From Paraspadella gotoi (Eukaryota; Animalia; Chaetognatha): DNA of 64,000 bases. Of the stretch, positions 27,089 to 39,634 are shown piece by piece; positions within the stretch are counted from its first letter, which is position 1, and every line of letters starts with the position of its first letter. The notes beneath the pieces were generated by a model that worked only from the letters and a program-made list of their open reading frames with translations, was not told the origin of the DNA and made no database searches. Where the stretch lies: positions 15,921,528 to 15,985,527 of the forward strand of contig CM119268.1 in the NCBI GenBank assembly GCA_051294375.1, written 5' to 3'. Made by a program: the position numbers and the translations under genes.

Positions 27089-29161
27089 TGGAATCGCGGA
27101 GTAAACGTCGTCCCGCTGTCGAGGTGCGGGGTTCTGTGTAAGGGATCTTTGTCGTTGATGGTCGAGAGGAAAGGGTGACCCATTTTTCATGCGTCATCGT
27201 TGTTGGGGGAGACCCAAGTTTTATCGGAGAAGAGAGAATTTATGGAAATTATTGATAAAGATATCGTTTTTGGATCGGTAATGTCGGAAAAAACGCGAAG
27301 CGATAAAATGATTGCCCTTGAATTTTTCGAGAAAAAGATTAATACCCAACGCGATTGACTAAAAATAGAAATTTTTTATTGGTGTATCAATTTCAGAAAA
27401 CTATAAAGTTTTGGCTTCTAACGAAATCAACTAAAAAATTTTTTTCCTCCCATTGCGATGTTATCAAATCGAGAAAATGCTAAAAACCTCATCTTGCCAA
27501 AATGTAGGCACTTTGAGAAAATAACTTCTTGATATATCAGCGTTTTTCGCAGCCATTCTGTCGCGTCGGCATCAATTAGTTTCCCTTCGTCATCCAATTC
27601 AAAGTCAATCGTCATGATTGGGAAGAAAATGTAAGACATGCGCGACGACGATGACGACGACGNNNNNNNNNNNNNNNNNNNNNNNNNNNNNNNNNNNNNN
27701 NNNNNNNNNNNNNNNNNNNNNNNNNNNNNNNNNNNNNNNNNNNNNNNNNNNNNNNNNNNNNNNNNNNNNNNNNNNNNNNNNNNNNNNNNNNNNNNNNNNN
27801 NNNNNNNNNNNNNNNNNNNNNNNNNNNNNNNNNNNNNNNNNNNNNNNNNNNNNNNNNNNNNNNNNNNNNNNNNNNNNNNNNNNNNNNNNNNNNNNNNNNN
27901 NNNNNNNNNNNNNNNNNNNNNNNNNNNNNNNNNNNNNNNNNNNNNNNNNNNNNNNNNNNNNNNNNNNNNNNNNNNNNNNNNNNNNNNNNNNNNNNNNNNN
28001 NNNNNNNNNNNNNNNNNNNNNNNNNNNNNNNNNNNNNNNNNNNNNNNNNNNNNNNNNNNNNNNNNNNNNNNNNNNNNNNNNNNNNNNNNNNNNNNNNNNN
28101 NNNNNNNNNNNNNNNNNNNNNNNNNNNNNNNNNNNNNNNNNNNNNNNNNNNNNNNNNNNNNNNNNNNNNNNNNNNNNNNNNNNNNNNNNNNNNNNNNNNN
28201 NNNNNNNNNNNNNNNNNAAGTTTTTAGGGTCGACGCGGAATCTGGGTCGTCGTTGTTATCGTTGTCGTTGTCGTCGTCACGTTTCTTCGTTGTCGTCGTC
28301 GCTGATTTCGTCAGGCAACGTTATCTGCGTTGTTCGTCGTCGTCATCGTTGTTGTTGTTGTTATTATTGTTTATTCTCGTCGCGCGGGTCTTCGTTTTTC
28401 GTCGCCCGCGATTAATGAAGTCGACGGGATGAAAAAAAAAAACAAAAAACGTCATCGTCGACTAGATGATATAAACAAACAAAACGAAAACAAACAAAAC
28501 AAAACAAAACAGGATCGACTATCGTCTCCGCCTTCTCACAACATTTTCCTCTTCCTTTCTCCTTCTCAAAATCGGCATCCGGTTTCTTAGAGTCGCGCGG
28601 TCGGCCTCGCGAGTCACGTGAACGTCCCATGGTGACGGCCAAATGCGATCACGTGACGGTCAATGGGGCAGCTCACGTGATCGGTATCGCGGAATCGCAG
28701 ACGTCGTCGTCATCGTCGTCGTCATTTCTCAGCGACTTTTCGGCGGTTCTCCTTTTCTGGTTTCCCGGTTAATGGAACCGTACTTCCGCCGGTCTTCAAG
28801 ATCGCTCAATGGAATCGAGACTTACCCCATTTCTTTTTTGTTTCCTTTTATCATTCACACTTCATCTTTTTTTTATTTTCTGCGACCGTTGAACCAAAAC
28901 GAAGTTACTTTTACCTGCTTCTCTTTATCGTCGATAAATTGAACTCCAAAGTCTTAGCCTTTGTCTATTTTTTGTTCGATGAACGAAGATTCGGTAAGTT
29001 CCTTCCTCAGTCCTCACCCTCCACCGCCCTTCGTCTCGTCTGGCGATGCTTCCAAATTATTATTGTTTATCTCTTACAAGCACACGACAGCGCGACGTTT
29101 CAAGAATCACTCCACAGATAAAAAACACTTAACGTCTCGGATCGCAGCCGCTCTTCCTCAG

Positions 29162-29245
<84 letters not shown>

Positions 29246-29564
29246 GAACCTAAACGCGCCTTGAAGAAACCCATCGAGATAACGAGACTTTTTTTTTCAT
29301 TATTCGTTCATTTTTAAATTCATAATTTTTGTTTTAAAAGAAGCGAAGCCACGAGTTTAATATTGAATCTCTTTGTCAAGACGAAGCCCGGCAGGGTCGG
29401 GGCGTCGGGGGTGAGAGGTGGGGGGAGGTTGGAAGATTGGTTGAATAACGAGGCCCTGGAAACCGAGCAGGTGTTGGTTATTTCTTGAAAAACTCCGACA
29501 ACGACCCTTGTTCATAGAAATTGAGATAAAAGAAAAAAAATCGGCAGGATGAGAAAGGGAAGAA

Positions 29565-29667
<103 letters not shown>

Positions 29668-30053
29668 ATAGAAAAAAACCATTTTCTTATCATATCGATT
29701 CGCCAAAAATAAAAAATCGCACCAAAAAAGGCGGATCGAAAAAAAAAGGACAAAGAAGATTTTTGTTTTTCTGAAAGAAATTGGCCCGACAAAGACTTTT
29801 TCTACTACGAGAAAAAAGGCAGAGAGAAATCGACTCGGTTTACATTACGAGAAAATTATTTGATTATGAAATGATAAACTTGAGTATTTGAAAATAAACC
29901 GTTTTCGTTAATGTACTCACCCCCTCCAATGGTGGGCTTAATTTTCCACGACTATTTTAGACAACACGTCGACAGACAACAGTCGCAAAAAAAACACTCA
30001 TTCGAAACACGTAGTCAACATCAAGAGCGCAACACACTTTCTCTTTGTCGAAA

Positions 30054-30062
30054 AAAGGATAT
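30054..30062 (-). other. U12-type (AT-AC) 5' splice site ATATCCTTT
   Basis: Perfect minor-spliceosome donor consensus at a codon boundary directly after YDGIQ, the position where Drosophila prospero has its AT-AC intron. Confidence 0.85.
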
Positions 30063-30250
30063 CTGAATGCCATCGTAGGGGATCTGGTCCACGTCGTCGT
30101 AGAGTCCGTCGGAGCGGAAAGAAGGCGTGGAGGCGCCACCGTCGGGCGGCGAGAGGGGGATGTCGGGAGAGAGGTTCCCCCCGTGGGAGGGAGAGTGGTT
30201 GCGAAGGTTGTCCCGACACACGAACGATGGCAAAGAGAAGTCAGGGCGTC
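30063..30250 (-). CDS. pros: prospero exon F (GRPDFSLPSF..DQIPYDGIQ); error-rich duplicate at ~32098-32282
   Basis: Acceptor ATGCAG in phase 1, compatible with exon E. 188 nt, ending in phase 0 at CAG|ATATCCTTT. Confidence 0.85.
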
Positions 30251-31182
30251 CTGCATCGAGTGAATGGGGAAAACGTGATTGATCAAATTCAAATATTTAA
30301 TCACTTGTTCAATATCATCTCCCCAACTCACCGTGCGGACGTTCTCCAGCGGCCGCTGCCGCCGCCGCCGCCGCCGCGACCGCTTGATTCTCCCTCAGCT
30401 GCGCCGTCAACGCCTCCCGCTGGAACTGATGGAGTTCTCGCAGATGGTCGGGCAGAGAGGGCGGAAAGGCGCCCGTCGATGCCAGGCCGCGGAGGTGCTG
30501 CTCGGCGGCGGCTGCTTGCGTGTAAAACGCGAGGAGGTCGGGCGACTGCAGGGAAGGGTTGGGGATGGCGACGGAGGTCGGGAGGTGGAAAGGATGGTGG
30601 GGCGAGGGAAAGGGGGGATGCGGAGAGGGCAGCTCGTGCGGTGCCGGAGGACCGGGCGGTCCGGTCGGTCCGGTCGGTCCAGGCGGTCCCGGCGGCGGCA
30701 GCGCCACGATCCCGGACGACGCCGCTACGCGCGCCAATTGCGCTTCAGCCATTGCTTGCATCGCGTTGCGCGCCGCCGCCTCGCGCAGCGGATCGCGCAT
30801 AACTTCCGGCAATGGCGGATCCACCGGCGGCGGCGGACCGGGAAAAGCGATGGAGGAGTCACAACCACCCCAAAGAGAGACGATTTTCTGACGACCAGTT
30901 GAACCAAACGAAAGTTACTTTTACCTGCTTCTCTTTATCGTCGATAATTGAACTCAAAGTCTTAGCCTTTGTTTTTTTTTGTTCGATCGAACGAAGATTC
31001 GGTAAGTTCCTTCCTCAGTCCTCACCCTCCACCCCTTCGTCTCGTTGGCGATGCTTCCAATTATTTTGTTTATCTTTACAAGCACACGACAGCGCGACGT
31101 TTCAAGAATCACTCCACAGATAAAAACATTAACGTCTCGGATCGCAGCCGCTCTTCTCAGTCTTCTCTCTCTCTCTCTCTCT

Positions 31183-31221
<39 letters not shown>

Positions 31222-31593
31222 GCTCTCTCTCTCTCTCTCTCACCTCTCTCTCTCTCTCTCCACTCGAACCCAAGCGCCTTGAAGAAACCATCGAGATAAC
31301 GAGACTTTTTTTTTCATTATTTCGTTCATTTTTAAATTCATAATTTTTGTTTTAAAAAGAAGCGAAGCCACCGAGTTTAATATTGAATCTCTTTGTCAAG
31401 ACGAAGCCCGAAGGGTCGGGGCGTCGGGGGCGAGGGGTGGGGGGAGGTTGGAAGATTGGTTGAATAACGAGCCCTGGAAACGAGCAGGTGTTGGTTATTT
31501 CTTGAAAAACTCCGACAACGACCCTTGTTCATTAGAAATTGAGATAAAAGAAAAAAAATCGGAGGATGAGAAAGGGAAGAAGAATTGAGAGAG

Positions 31594-31685
<92 letters not shown>

Positions 31686-34600
31686 GAGAGAGAGAGAGCA
31701 TAGAAAACCATTTTCTTATCAATATCGATTCGCCAAAAATAAAGAATCGCACAAAAAAGGCGGATCGAAAAAAAAAAAAAGGACAAAGAAGATTTTTGTT
31801 TTTCTGAAAGAAATTGGCCCGACAAAGACTTTTTCTACTACGAGAAAAAAGGCAGAGAGAAATCGACTCGGTTTACATTACGAGAAAAATTATTTGATTA
31901 TGAAATGAATAAACTTGAGTATTTGAAAATAAACCGTTTTCGTTAATGTACTCACCCCCTCCAATGGTGGGCTTAATTTTCCACGACTATTTGACAACAC
32001 GTCGACAGACAACAGTCGCAAAAAAAAACACTCATTCGAAACACGTAGTCAACATCAAGAGCGGCAACACACTTTCTCTTTGTCGAAAAAAGGATATTCT
32101 GAATGCCATCGTAGGGGATCTGGTCACGTCGTCGTAGAGTCCGTCGGAGGCGGAAAGAAGGCGTGGAGGCGCCACCGTCGGGCGGCGAGAGGGGTGTCGG
32201 GAGGAGGTTCCCCCCGTGGGAGGGGAGTGGTTGCGAAGGTTGTCCCGACACACGAACGATGGCAAAGAGAAGTCAGGGCGTCCTGCATCGAGTGAATGGG
32301 GAAAACGTGATTTGATCAAATTCAAATATTTAATCACTTGTTCAATATCATCTCCCAACTCACGCGTGCGGACGTTCTCCAGCGGCCGCTGCCGCCGCCG
32401 CCGCCGCCGCGACCGCTTGATTCTCCCTCAGTGCGCCCGTCAACGCCTCCCGCTGGAACTGATGGAGTTCTCGCAGATGGTCGGGCAGAGAGGGCGAAAG
32501 GCGCCCGTCGATGCAGGCCGCGGAGGTGCTTGCTGGCGGGTGCTTGCGTGTAAAACGCGAGGAGGTCGGGCGACTGCAGGGAAGGTTGGGAGTGGCGACG
32601 GAGGAGGGAGGTGGAAAGGATGGTGGGCGAGGGAAAGGGGGATGCGGAGAGGGCAGCTCGTGCGGTGCCGGAGGACCGGGCGCCGGTCGGTCCGGTCGGT
32701 CCAGGCGTGGGCGGCGGGCAGCGCCACGATCCCGGACGACGCCGCTACGCGCGCAATTGCGCTTCAGCCATTGCTTGCATCGCGTTGCGCGCCGCCGCCT
32801 CGCGCAGCGGATCGCGCATAACTTCCGGCAATGGCGGATCCACCGGCGGCGGCGGACCGGAAAAGCGATGGAGGAGTGACCGCTACCGGCGCTGCCGCCG
32901 CTGCTTCCGCCGCTACCGCGCGTGGCGGGCGGTGGCGGCGTTGCGGCGAGGCGCGGCATGAGCAGCGGCTTCTCTTCCGGCGTCTGCGGCCGAGATCCAC
33001 CGCCGGTTGACAGATTGAGGATGCTACCGCCGGGNNNNNNNNNNNNNNNNNNNNNNNNNCGCCGCCGCCGCTCTTGTCGCCGCCGACGCCGGGTTTCTCG
33101 CTCGCCTCGGTGGGCGGTTCCGCCAAGAGCGCCTTGGCTGCGCGCGGCGACAATCTCGTGTCCGTCACTTTGGTCCGCTTCTTCTTGGGCGCGACGACGA
33201 GGGACATCGGTTCTGTTTGCTCGGCGTCGCCGCCAGGAAGCGCGGCGTCGCCCAAGAGACCGTTCGAGAGCGAGGCAGCTCCATTTGGAGCAGAGGCGGC
33301 GCCGCTCGAACCACCGGCGCCCACTGGGAAGAGCGGGTGCATGCCGAGATCGCGAACCGCCTGGCGGGCGGCGGCGACTGCGGCGGCGGCGGCACCGGTT
33401 TCCGGATTGGCGGCGTTGGCGGTCTGGTTGACGTTGCTGTTTGACGATGGCGTCGAAGTGATTGGGACTTCGTGGTCAGAGTCGGAGGCGCCGGACGGGT
33501 GACGGTCCAAAGACTCACGGGTTGACTGATTGTGAGACTTGTGGAGTTGCTGTTGATGTTGCTGCAGCGAGCCGAGGGCGCTCTCGATAAAAGGATTGAT
33601 ATGCGCGGGTGGGTGCTTGAGTCCGGCGGCCACCCTCTCCGCCGCTTCCGAGTTGTGATGATTGTTGCCAAAGGGATGATGTTGCTGCAGACGTTGCTGC
33701 TCCTTCTCGCCGACGGACAGCTGCGGCAGATTCGGCGGCGGGGCGGAGAAGAGGTGCTGCGGGGGTTTGCGGTCAGATTGACAGACCTTGGGTGGCCGCG
33801 GGGATCGAACCCGGGACGTGGGCGTCGAGAAGCCGTTGTTGAGGGGAGAGGCGAAGTTGACTGGGACGTCGTCGACGACACGATCGGCGCGGAGCGATCG
33901 GTGTAACTGCACCGAGGATGCCGCGTTTCGCTCCCTCAGGAATCTGGCCAGAGTCGAGTCGATGATGTTGGCCATAGCGTGCTGCAGCTCGTGCTTGAGC
34001 AGCTTGGCGAACTCCTCCACCGAATCCGGATTGGCCAACAGAGCGCTCTGCAGGTCCTGGGATCGAAGCAGGTGGCGCTGCGCGGCGTGGGCCGCCTCTT
34101 GGGCCGTAAGCTTGGCCTTCTCAGCCGAAGAGGGGCCTGGGGAACGGTCGCGGGCCCGGCGGGGCTCAGAGCTGGACGGGTGCTTGGAGGCGCCGTCGGG
34201 GTAGAACAGGTGATGGAGGTTGTGATGTTGGGGGTGGGAGGGAAGCGGCGGCACAGGCGGCCCGTTTTGATTGGCGTGTCCCTTGAGATCAGGTTCGAAG
34301 CCCGAGGAGGCCGGTCCCTTCCGGGTGACGTGATCCACTTTGGAAGAGGAATTTCCAAAGTGCTCTCTTTTGGCGAGATCGTGAAAGGGGTGAGTGGAAG
34401 GGAACTGACTGTTGTTGTTGTTGTTGTTGTTATGAGAGAGGATCGATGAGATGCCATGGAAATTTGTAGCGGATGTTGGGGGTAATACTAGTCCTGGGGT
34501 CAAAAGAAATGGGAAGGTGGAGGGAATTCAAAAAAGATGCTTCTTTATAATCTTTGTTTTTAAGTATTTACACACAAAATAAACTTCGAAAAGCTATGTT

Positions 34601-36503
34601 TGTGCAAAATTAAAATAAAGGATTTACATAATAAAAAAAAATGATTTTCATAATCTCACGTTCTAGTGCACTGATGCTTCCGCCGGCGACCTGAGCCTCT
34701 TTTCCCAGCGCGGAGTGCCCCAGCGGAGCTTCCCCGCCGGCCGGTCTTGGCGCCACTCTCGGTGCCTTGGACGGGTGTTCCCCGTTGTGCTTGGAGCCGG
34801 TCGTAGATGTTAGGAAAAGGGGCAGGGAGGTCGTGCGAGAGCCGTCGAGGGAACGTTTGACTGAAGGAGAGCCGTAGGGTGCGGCGGCGTCATCTTCGTT
34901 GGCAGCGACGCGGCCGCGTGCCTCTTCGGCCGAGATGGCCGTGGCCGCCAGGGCGATGGCTTGTTGCTGCTGTATCAGCGCCGCCCTCAGACTGTGGAAT
35001 TCGTTGAAGGATCTTCGGTCCACGGACTCGGCGTCGGCGTGGAGCAGTTCCAAGTAGCGGCTCTGCATCGCCGCCAGCTGCTCCTGCATGATGCCGAGCT
35101 GGTCGCGCATGGCCTCGGTGTCGACGCGCCGCTGCTTCTGCGGCCGTTGATCTTCGACGGGGGAATCGGGACGATCTCTGCTGCTTTTAAGGAAAATAAG
35201 GAAGAAGGGAATAATCAGTTTTTTTTTCAGAAGTGTTTAAAAAGATAATCATTAGATTTAACAAGCGGGGAAAAAGATAGTTTTAAATCTAGGTTGCTTC
35301 ACATCACGTCATTCACAGTTTTAATTCGCAACATAAATCCCCAAACTCACCTCTGTTCCTCCCTCTCGTCCTCTGCGTCTCCCTCGCTTCTTCCTTCCTC
35401 CCTCCTTCCTTCCTCCCTCTCCTCCTCGTTCTCCTCCGAATCGTTCCCTCTCTCCTCCTCCGCTTCCCGAAAGAATTCCCGCTGCGGCTGAAAGTTTTTC
35501 CGCTTCTGCCTCCGCTCCTGCGGGGGGTTCGCGGCGCCCGCAGAGCCGGCGCCGCCCGTCGAGGAGGGCCCGAGCGGACCTGGGGAGACGGGAACGTTTG
35601 TTTGTTTCGTTTTGGTCTTAAATGAACAACGGGTTTGTTTATTTGTCAAGTTGTCTAGTTGTCTAGTTGTCTTTACCGTTTGGTTTTTTTTTTTTGTTAG
35701 GTATTCATACTTATTCGCACTAACTTTTTTTTAATGATTTTTAGCATATCACTCCAAACTGTCAACACAATGATCGCCATCATTCAGCCTTCATTGCCAC
35801 TCACCCTCTTGCACTCCGTGCGGCCCGTTCGGCGAAACGCGCATCAGGAGCCTCTCCAGTCCCTGCTTTTTCTTGAGCAGGAGGGCGTCTTCGGAGCCTC
35901 TTGGGGCGCAGTCGGCCGTCGACGGGTCGGCCGAGGGATTCAGGGTGGAGGGGCTGGGGAGATCCGGGCTTCTGCGTGGCTGTGAAAACATGGGTAGAGA
36001 AAACGAATATTTAGAAAAAGAAATCTTGATTGGTTAATGTTCTATAAAATAATTGTATTAATTAGTACTTATTCACCAAAAAAGGTTTCTCACCTCGTCA
36101 TCCCTTTCCTCATCGCCAGAGATGTTTCCTCTTTCTCTAACTTCCTCCTCCTTCCTCTCTTCCTCTCTCAACTCTTCCTCCTCCTCATCATCTTCGTCCT
36201 CTCTCAACTTCCTCTTGAAGCTGATCTTCAGTGAGGTTCTGTCGACGGCGTCATCGGCCTCGTCCTCGGCGTCATCCTCGGCGGAGGCGCCATTTCCGGC
36301 GCTAGGCGGCGCCAAATGCTTTCCCAGCCCGACGCTGTTGTTGTTCTTGAGCAGCGCCATCGGCGCCGCGGAACCGGTGTTCTCGGCGTCGTCGCTGTCA
36401 TCGCCAGAGGAGGCGCCGTCCAAGTGGCGCCGTCCCGGAGGGTGGCGGTGGAGGCGGTGGTGAAGGTGGTTTTCGGCGTTGGCCTCCATCACCGAGACCC
36501 CAC
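30063..36503 (-). CDS. pros: prospero/PROX1-family homeobox transcription factor, N-terminal and central part (exons A-F; homeo-prospero domain not in the readable sequence)
   Basis: Prospero hallmarks appear in the correct order: QKRKNFQPQ (KKRKLYQPQ-like), [22 protein letters not shown] coiled coil, FAKLLKHELQHAMANIIDS, EQTEPMSLVVAPKKKRTKVTDTRLSPRA, LPTSVAIPNPSL, and YDGIQ|ISF. The exons join in compatible phases with GT-AG sites. Confidence 0.93.
30332..30859 (-). CDS. pros: prospero exon E 3' end, clean copy (..LPTSVAIPNPSLQ..GERPH)
   Basis: ORF 30315..30824 contains the conserved PTSVAIPNPSL motif and ends at G|GTGAGT. Confidence 0.88.
32364..34493 (-). CDS. pros: prospero exon E (large exon). 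Its 3' part is frameshifted in this low-quality copy; an intact version lies at 30332-30859
   Basis: Acceptor TTTTGACCCCAG. ORF 32764..34503 contains the poly-Asn run, FAKLLKHEL and PKKKRTKVTDTRLSPR. Donor CACG|GTGAGT at 30331 in the clean copy. Confidence 0.88.
34660..35177 (-). CDS. pros: prospero exon D (coiled coil [23 protein letters not shown])
   Basis: Tandem acceptor AAGCAGCAG, donor AAC|GTGAGA, phase 2 to 1. Contains ORF 34610..35110. Confidence 0.85.
35351..35579 (-). CDS. pros: prospero exon C (..[13 protein letters not shown]..)
   Basis: Acceptor TCTCCCCAG, donor GAG|GTGAGT, 229 nt (phase 1 to 2). Conserved KRKxxQPQ motif. Confidence 0.85.
35805..35979 (-). CDS. pros: prospero exon B ([24 protein letters not shown]..)
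   Basis: Acceptor TTTTCACAG, donor GAGG|GTGAGT, 175 nt (phase 0 to 1). Occupies the position of the KRARVENI..MRxSP motif. Confidence 0.8.
36094..36503 (-). CDS. pros: prospero exon A (..VSVMEANAENHLHH..RDDE)
   Basis: Acceptor CCCCGTCAGCAG, open acidic/His-rich frame with ATG at 36489, donor GAG|GTGAGA in phase 0, matching exon B. Confidence 0.75.
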
Positions 36504-36790
36504 CTGCTGACGGGGTGGGTGGAGACAGTCTTAGGTGTTGAGCTTGAGATCAATCTTTTATTTTGTTTTATTATTTTACATTAAATATTCTATTTTAAAT
36601 TAGATCCTCAAGCACAACAGAGTCGCAGGCCAGACAAGTAATGATGACGTAATCGCAAATTGCAAAAGAAGTTGATAAAAAAAATTTGCTAAGAAGAAAA
36701 AAGTTTGATGAAAAAACTTGAGAAAATCGGAAGATAAAAAATACGAGGCGGAAAATTTTTTGTGTGTGCGAAATGTAGATTTTCTCATCA

Positions 36791-36830
<40 letters not shown>

Positions 36831-37144
36831 TCTCGGCTGACATTTATTAATATAGAAAGATGATGATCTCTCTCTCTCTTTTTCTCTCTCTCTTCCTCTC
36901 TCACTGCCGGGTGAAAAAAGAACCTTTTGTTATAATCAAAGTTCTTGTCTCGACCTGCTAAAAATAGNNNNNNNNNNNNNNNNNNNNNNNNNNNNNNNNN
37001 NNNNNNNNNNNNNNNNNNNNNNNNNNNNNNNNNNNNNNNNNNNNNNNNNNNNNNNNNNNNNNNNNNNNNNNNNNNNNNNNNNNNNNNNNNNNNNNNNNNN
37101 NNNNNNNNNNNNNNNNNNNNNNNNNNNNNNNNNNNNNNNNNNNN

Positions 37145-37190
37145 ATTGACGCTGCCGGAAGTGGGCGTGTCCTGATTGGCGCTGCCGGAC
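37145..37190 (-). promoter_or_regulatory. Candidate prospero proximal promoter (CCAAT box, ETS CCGGAAGT, Sp/KLF GGGCGTG)
   Basis: ATTGACGCTGCCGGAAGTGGGCGTGTCCTGATTGGCG lies ~650 nt upstream of exon A. The inverted copy (54050-54100) shows the unit CGCAGCG(C/T)CAATCAGGACAC twice. Confidence 0.45.
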
Positions 37191-39090
37191 CCAGAGGGGG
37201 AAGGGTCCGAAGGAGAAGTGACTAGGGAGAGCGGTTCGTTTGAGGAGTGGTGGACCTGACGGGATATTAATTAAAAATTATAAAAAATGATCAAGAAACT
37301 CTGAACAAATCTTATTCTTAATTTAACTTTGATTTTTTTAAAAATTAGTTAAAATTCGAATTGAGTTCACAAGTTATTTATAGATCTTTTCATGGATCTT
37401 ACAAGTACCCAAAAAGCGATTTTTTCGATCGGTCGAGAGACGCGACTTTCTGATGAAAGAGTTCATAAATCAAACATTTTGTATCTTAAGTTTTATTTGT
37501 TTCTTCTTCAATTTGCGGGTCACAATCCATATTCATATCGTTTTTAAAAAATTCCCGACGAATTTCGATCCAAATGGTATTTTCTCGTGATCTCTCGGAA
37601 AGAGAGAGAGAGCGAGAGCGAGCGAAAACGAAAAAGAGAGAGAGTCACACACCAAGAAAAAAAAAATCAGCAAAAATTTGATTTCCGAAAAAAAAAGGCG
37701 TAAAATCGGGGAAGCAAAGATCGGGTATTTCGGCCCAGGGTTTTCTGCAAGATCTTGGAGGAAGAGGAGGAGGAAGAAGAAAAGGAGGATGAGGAGGAAG
37801 AGGAGGAGCTAAGAAGGCGAATCGAGGAGAAGGTTGAGGACNNNNNNNNNNNNNNNNNNNNNNNNNNNNNNNNNNNNNNNNNNNNNNNNNNNNNNNNNNN
37901 NNNNNNNNNNNNNNNNNNNNNNNNNNNNNNNNNNNNNNNNNNNNNNNNNNNNNNNNNNNNNNNNNNNNNNNNNNNNNNNNNNNNNNNNNNNNNNNNNNNN
38001 NNNNNNNNNNNNNNNNNNNNNNNNNNNNNNNNNNNNNNNNNNNNNNNNNNNNNNNNNNNNNNNNNNNNNNNNNNNNNNNNNNNNNNNNNNNNNNNNNNAG
38101 ATTTATAAGATTTATAACAAAAAAGAGAAAAATTTAAAAAAAAATGAAACAAATAAAATTGTTTTCATATTTTTTTGGACTCTCTCTCNNNNNNNNNNNN
38201 NNNNNNNNNNNNNNNNNNNNNNNNNNNNNNNNNNNNNNNNNNNNNNNNNNNNNNNNNNNNNNNNNNNNNNNNNNNNNNNNNNNNNNNNNNNNNNNNNNNN
38301 NNNNNNNNNNNNNNNNNNNNNNNNCTCTCTCTCTCTCTCTTTCAGTTTGCCTCAAACCAAAAATACGTCTTTTATGATCCGGGGAAAGTGAAAAGAAAAG
38401 TCGCTGATTTCGAAACAGAAGCAAAAATTAAAAATTGGGCTAGATTGGAAAATTCATGAAATTAAGGATGAAAGAAGTAAAGAAAAACAAATAATTCCGG
38501 CACATTTTGTTATGAGTTATAAAACCGGAAAAAAACTTACCCACGAAAGACGAGATCAAAAGTGAGGGAATTTGAAAACAAAAATATTAACGAGAAAAAT
38601 AACAAAACTTCCTAAACGTTACGAACAACCTTTTTAAAAGATGGGTAGTAAAATGACAAAAAAAACCTTGAGTAAGGCTAAAAAGGAAAATTGACCGGTT
38701 CAAATCTCGGGCAAACGTCGAAGTCCTATTGAAACTCAAATTGTTATTGCCCCTTCTAATCGAGGGTGTCGGGAAAAAAAGGCATCTTTGTCTCGAAAAC
38801 TGAATTAAACGCGTGAGCTTTCAGTCTTCAGTCGACACCTTCGGCTTTCGTCTTCTGACGCTATCCCCCCTTTNNNNNNNNNNNNNNNNNNNNNNNNNNN
38901 NNNNNNNNNNNNNNNNNNNNNNNNNNNNNNNNNNNNNNNNNNNNNNNNNNNNNNNNNNNNNNNNNNNNNNNNNNNNNNNNNNNNNNNNNNNNNNNNNNNN
39001 NNNNNNNNNNNNNNNNNNNNNNNNNNNNNNNNNNNNNNNNNNNNNNNNNNNNNNNNNNNNNNNNNNNNNNNNNNNNNNNNNNNNNNNNNN

Positions 39091-39124
<34 letters not shown>

Positions 39125-39482
39125 CCTTGTCGTTTTCGCCCCATGGTAACAAAGAGATAATGAATGACTTGGGAGAAGGATATGGATTTTCTGATCCCCT
39201 TTCTCTCTCTCTCTTTCTCTCTCGCTCCCTCTCTCGCTCTCGGGTCTCTCGCTGTGGATTTCACTCTGTCTCTCGATCGCTGGTCCTCACTCTTTGTAAC
39301 TTTTTCCTAAGCAAAGAGTTTCTCGCTCTTTGCCCCTATAATCTTTTCGTCCCCATTTTTTTAATTTCTTACCCTTTTTTATTCGGCTGTAGGAATAGGC
39401 TCTTATTATGTTTTTACTTTCCATAAGACTTGCTTCCCTTCCCTCACCATTTCCTAAAATTCTTCTGTTTCTTTCTTACTGG

Positions 39483-39634
<152 letters not shown>

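Noticed and set aside
27427-27639. 70-aa non-repetitive ORF (..IDFELDDEGKLIDADATEW..)
   Set aside because: No recognisable family, no support from splice phases, and adjacent to a gap.
30892-32878. Duplicated or mutually exclusive prospero exons, or a pseudogene
   Set aside because: The breakpoint falls mid-exon and the frameshifts are random single-base indels, so an assembly overlap is the simpler explanation.
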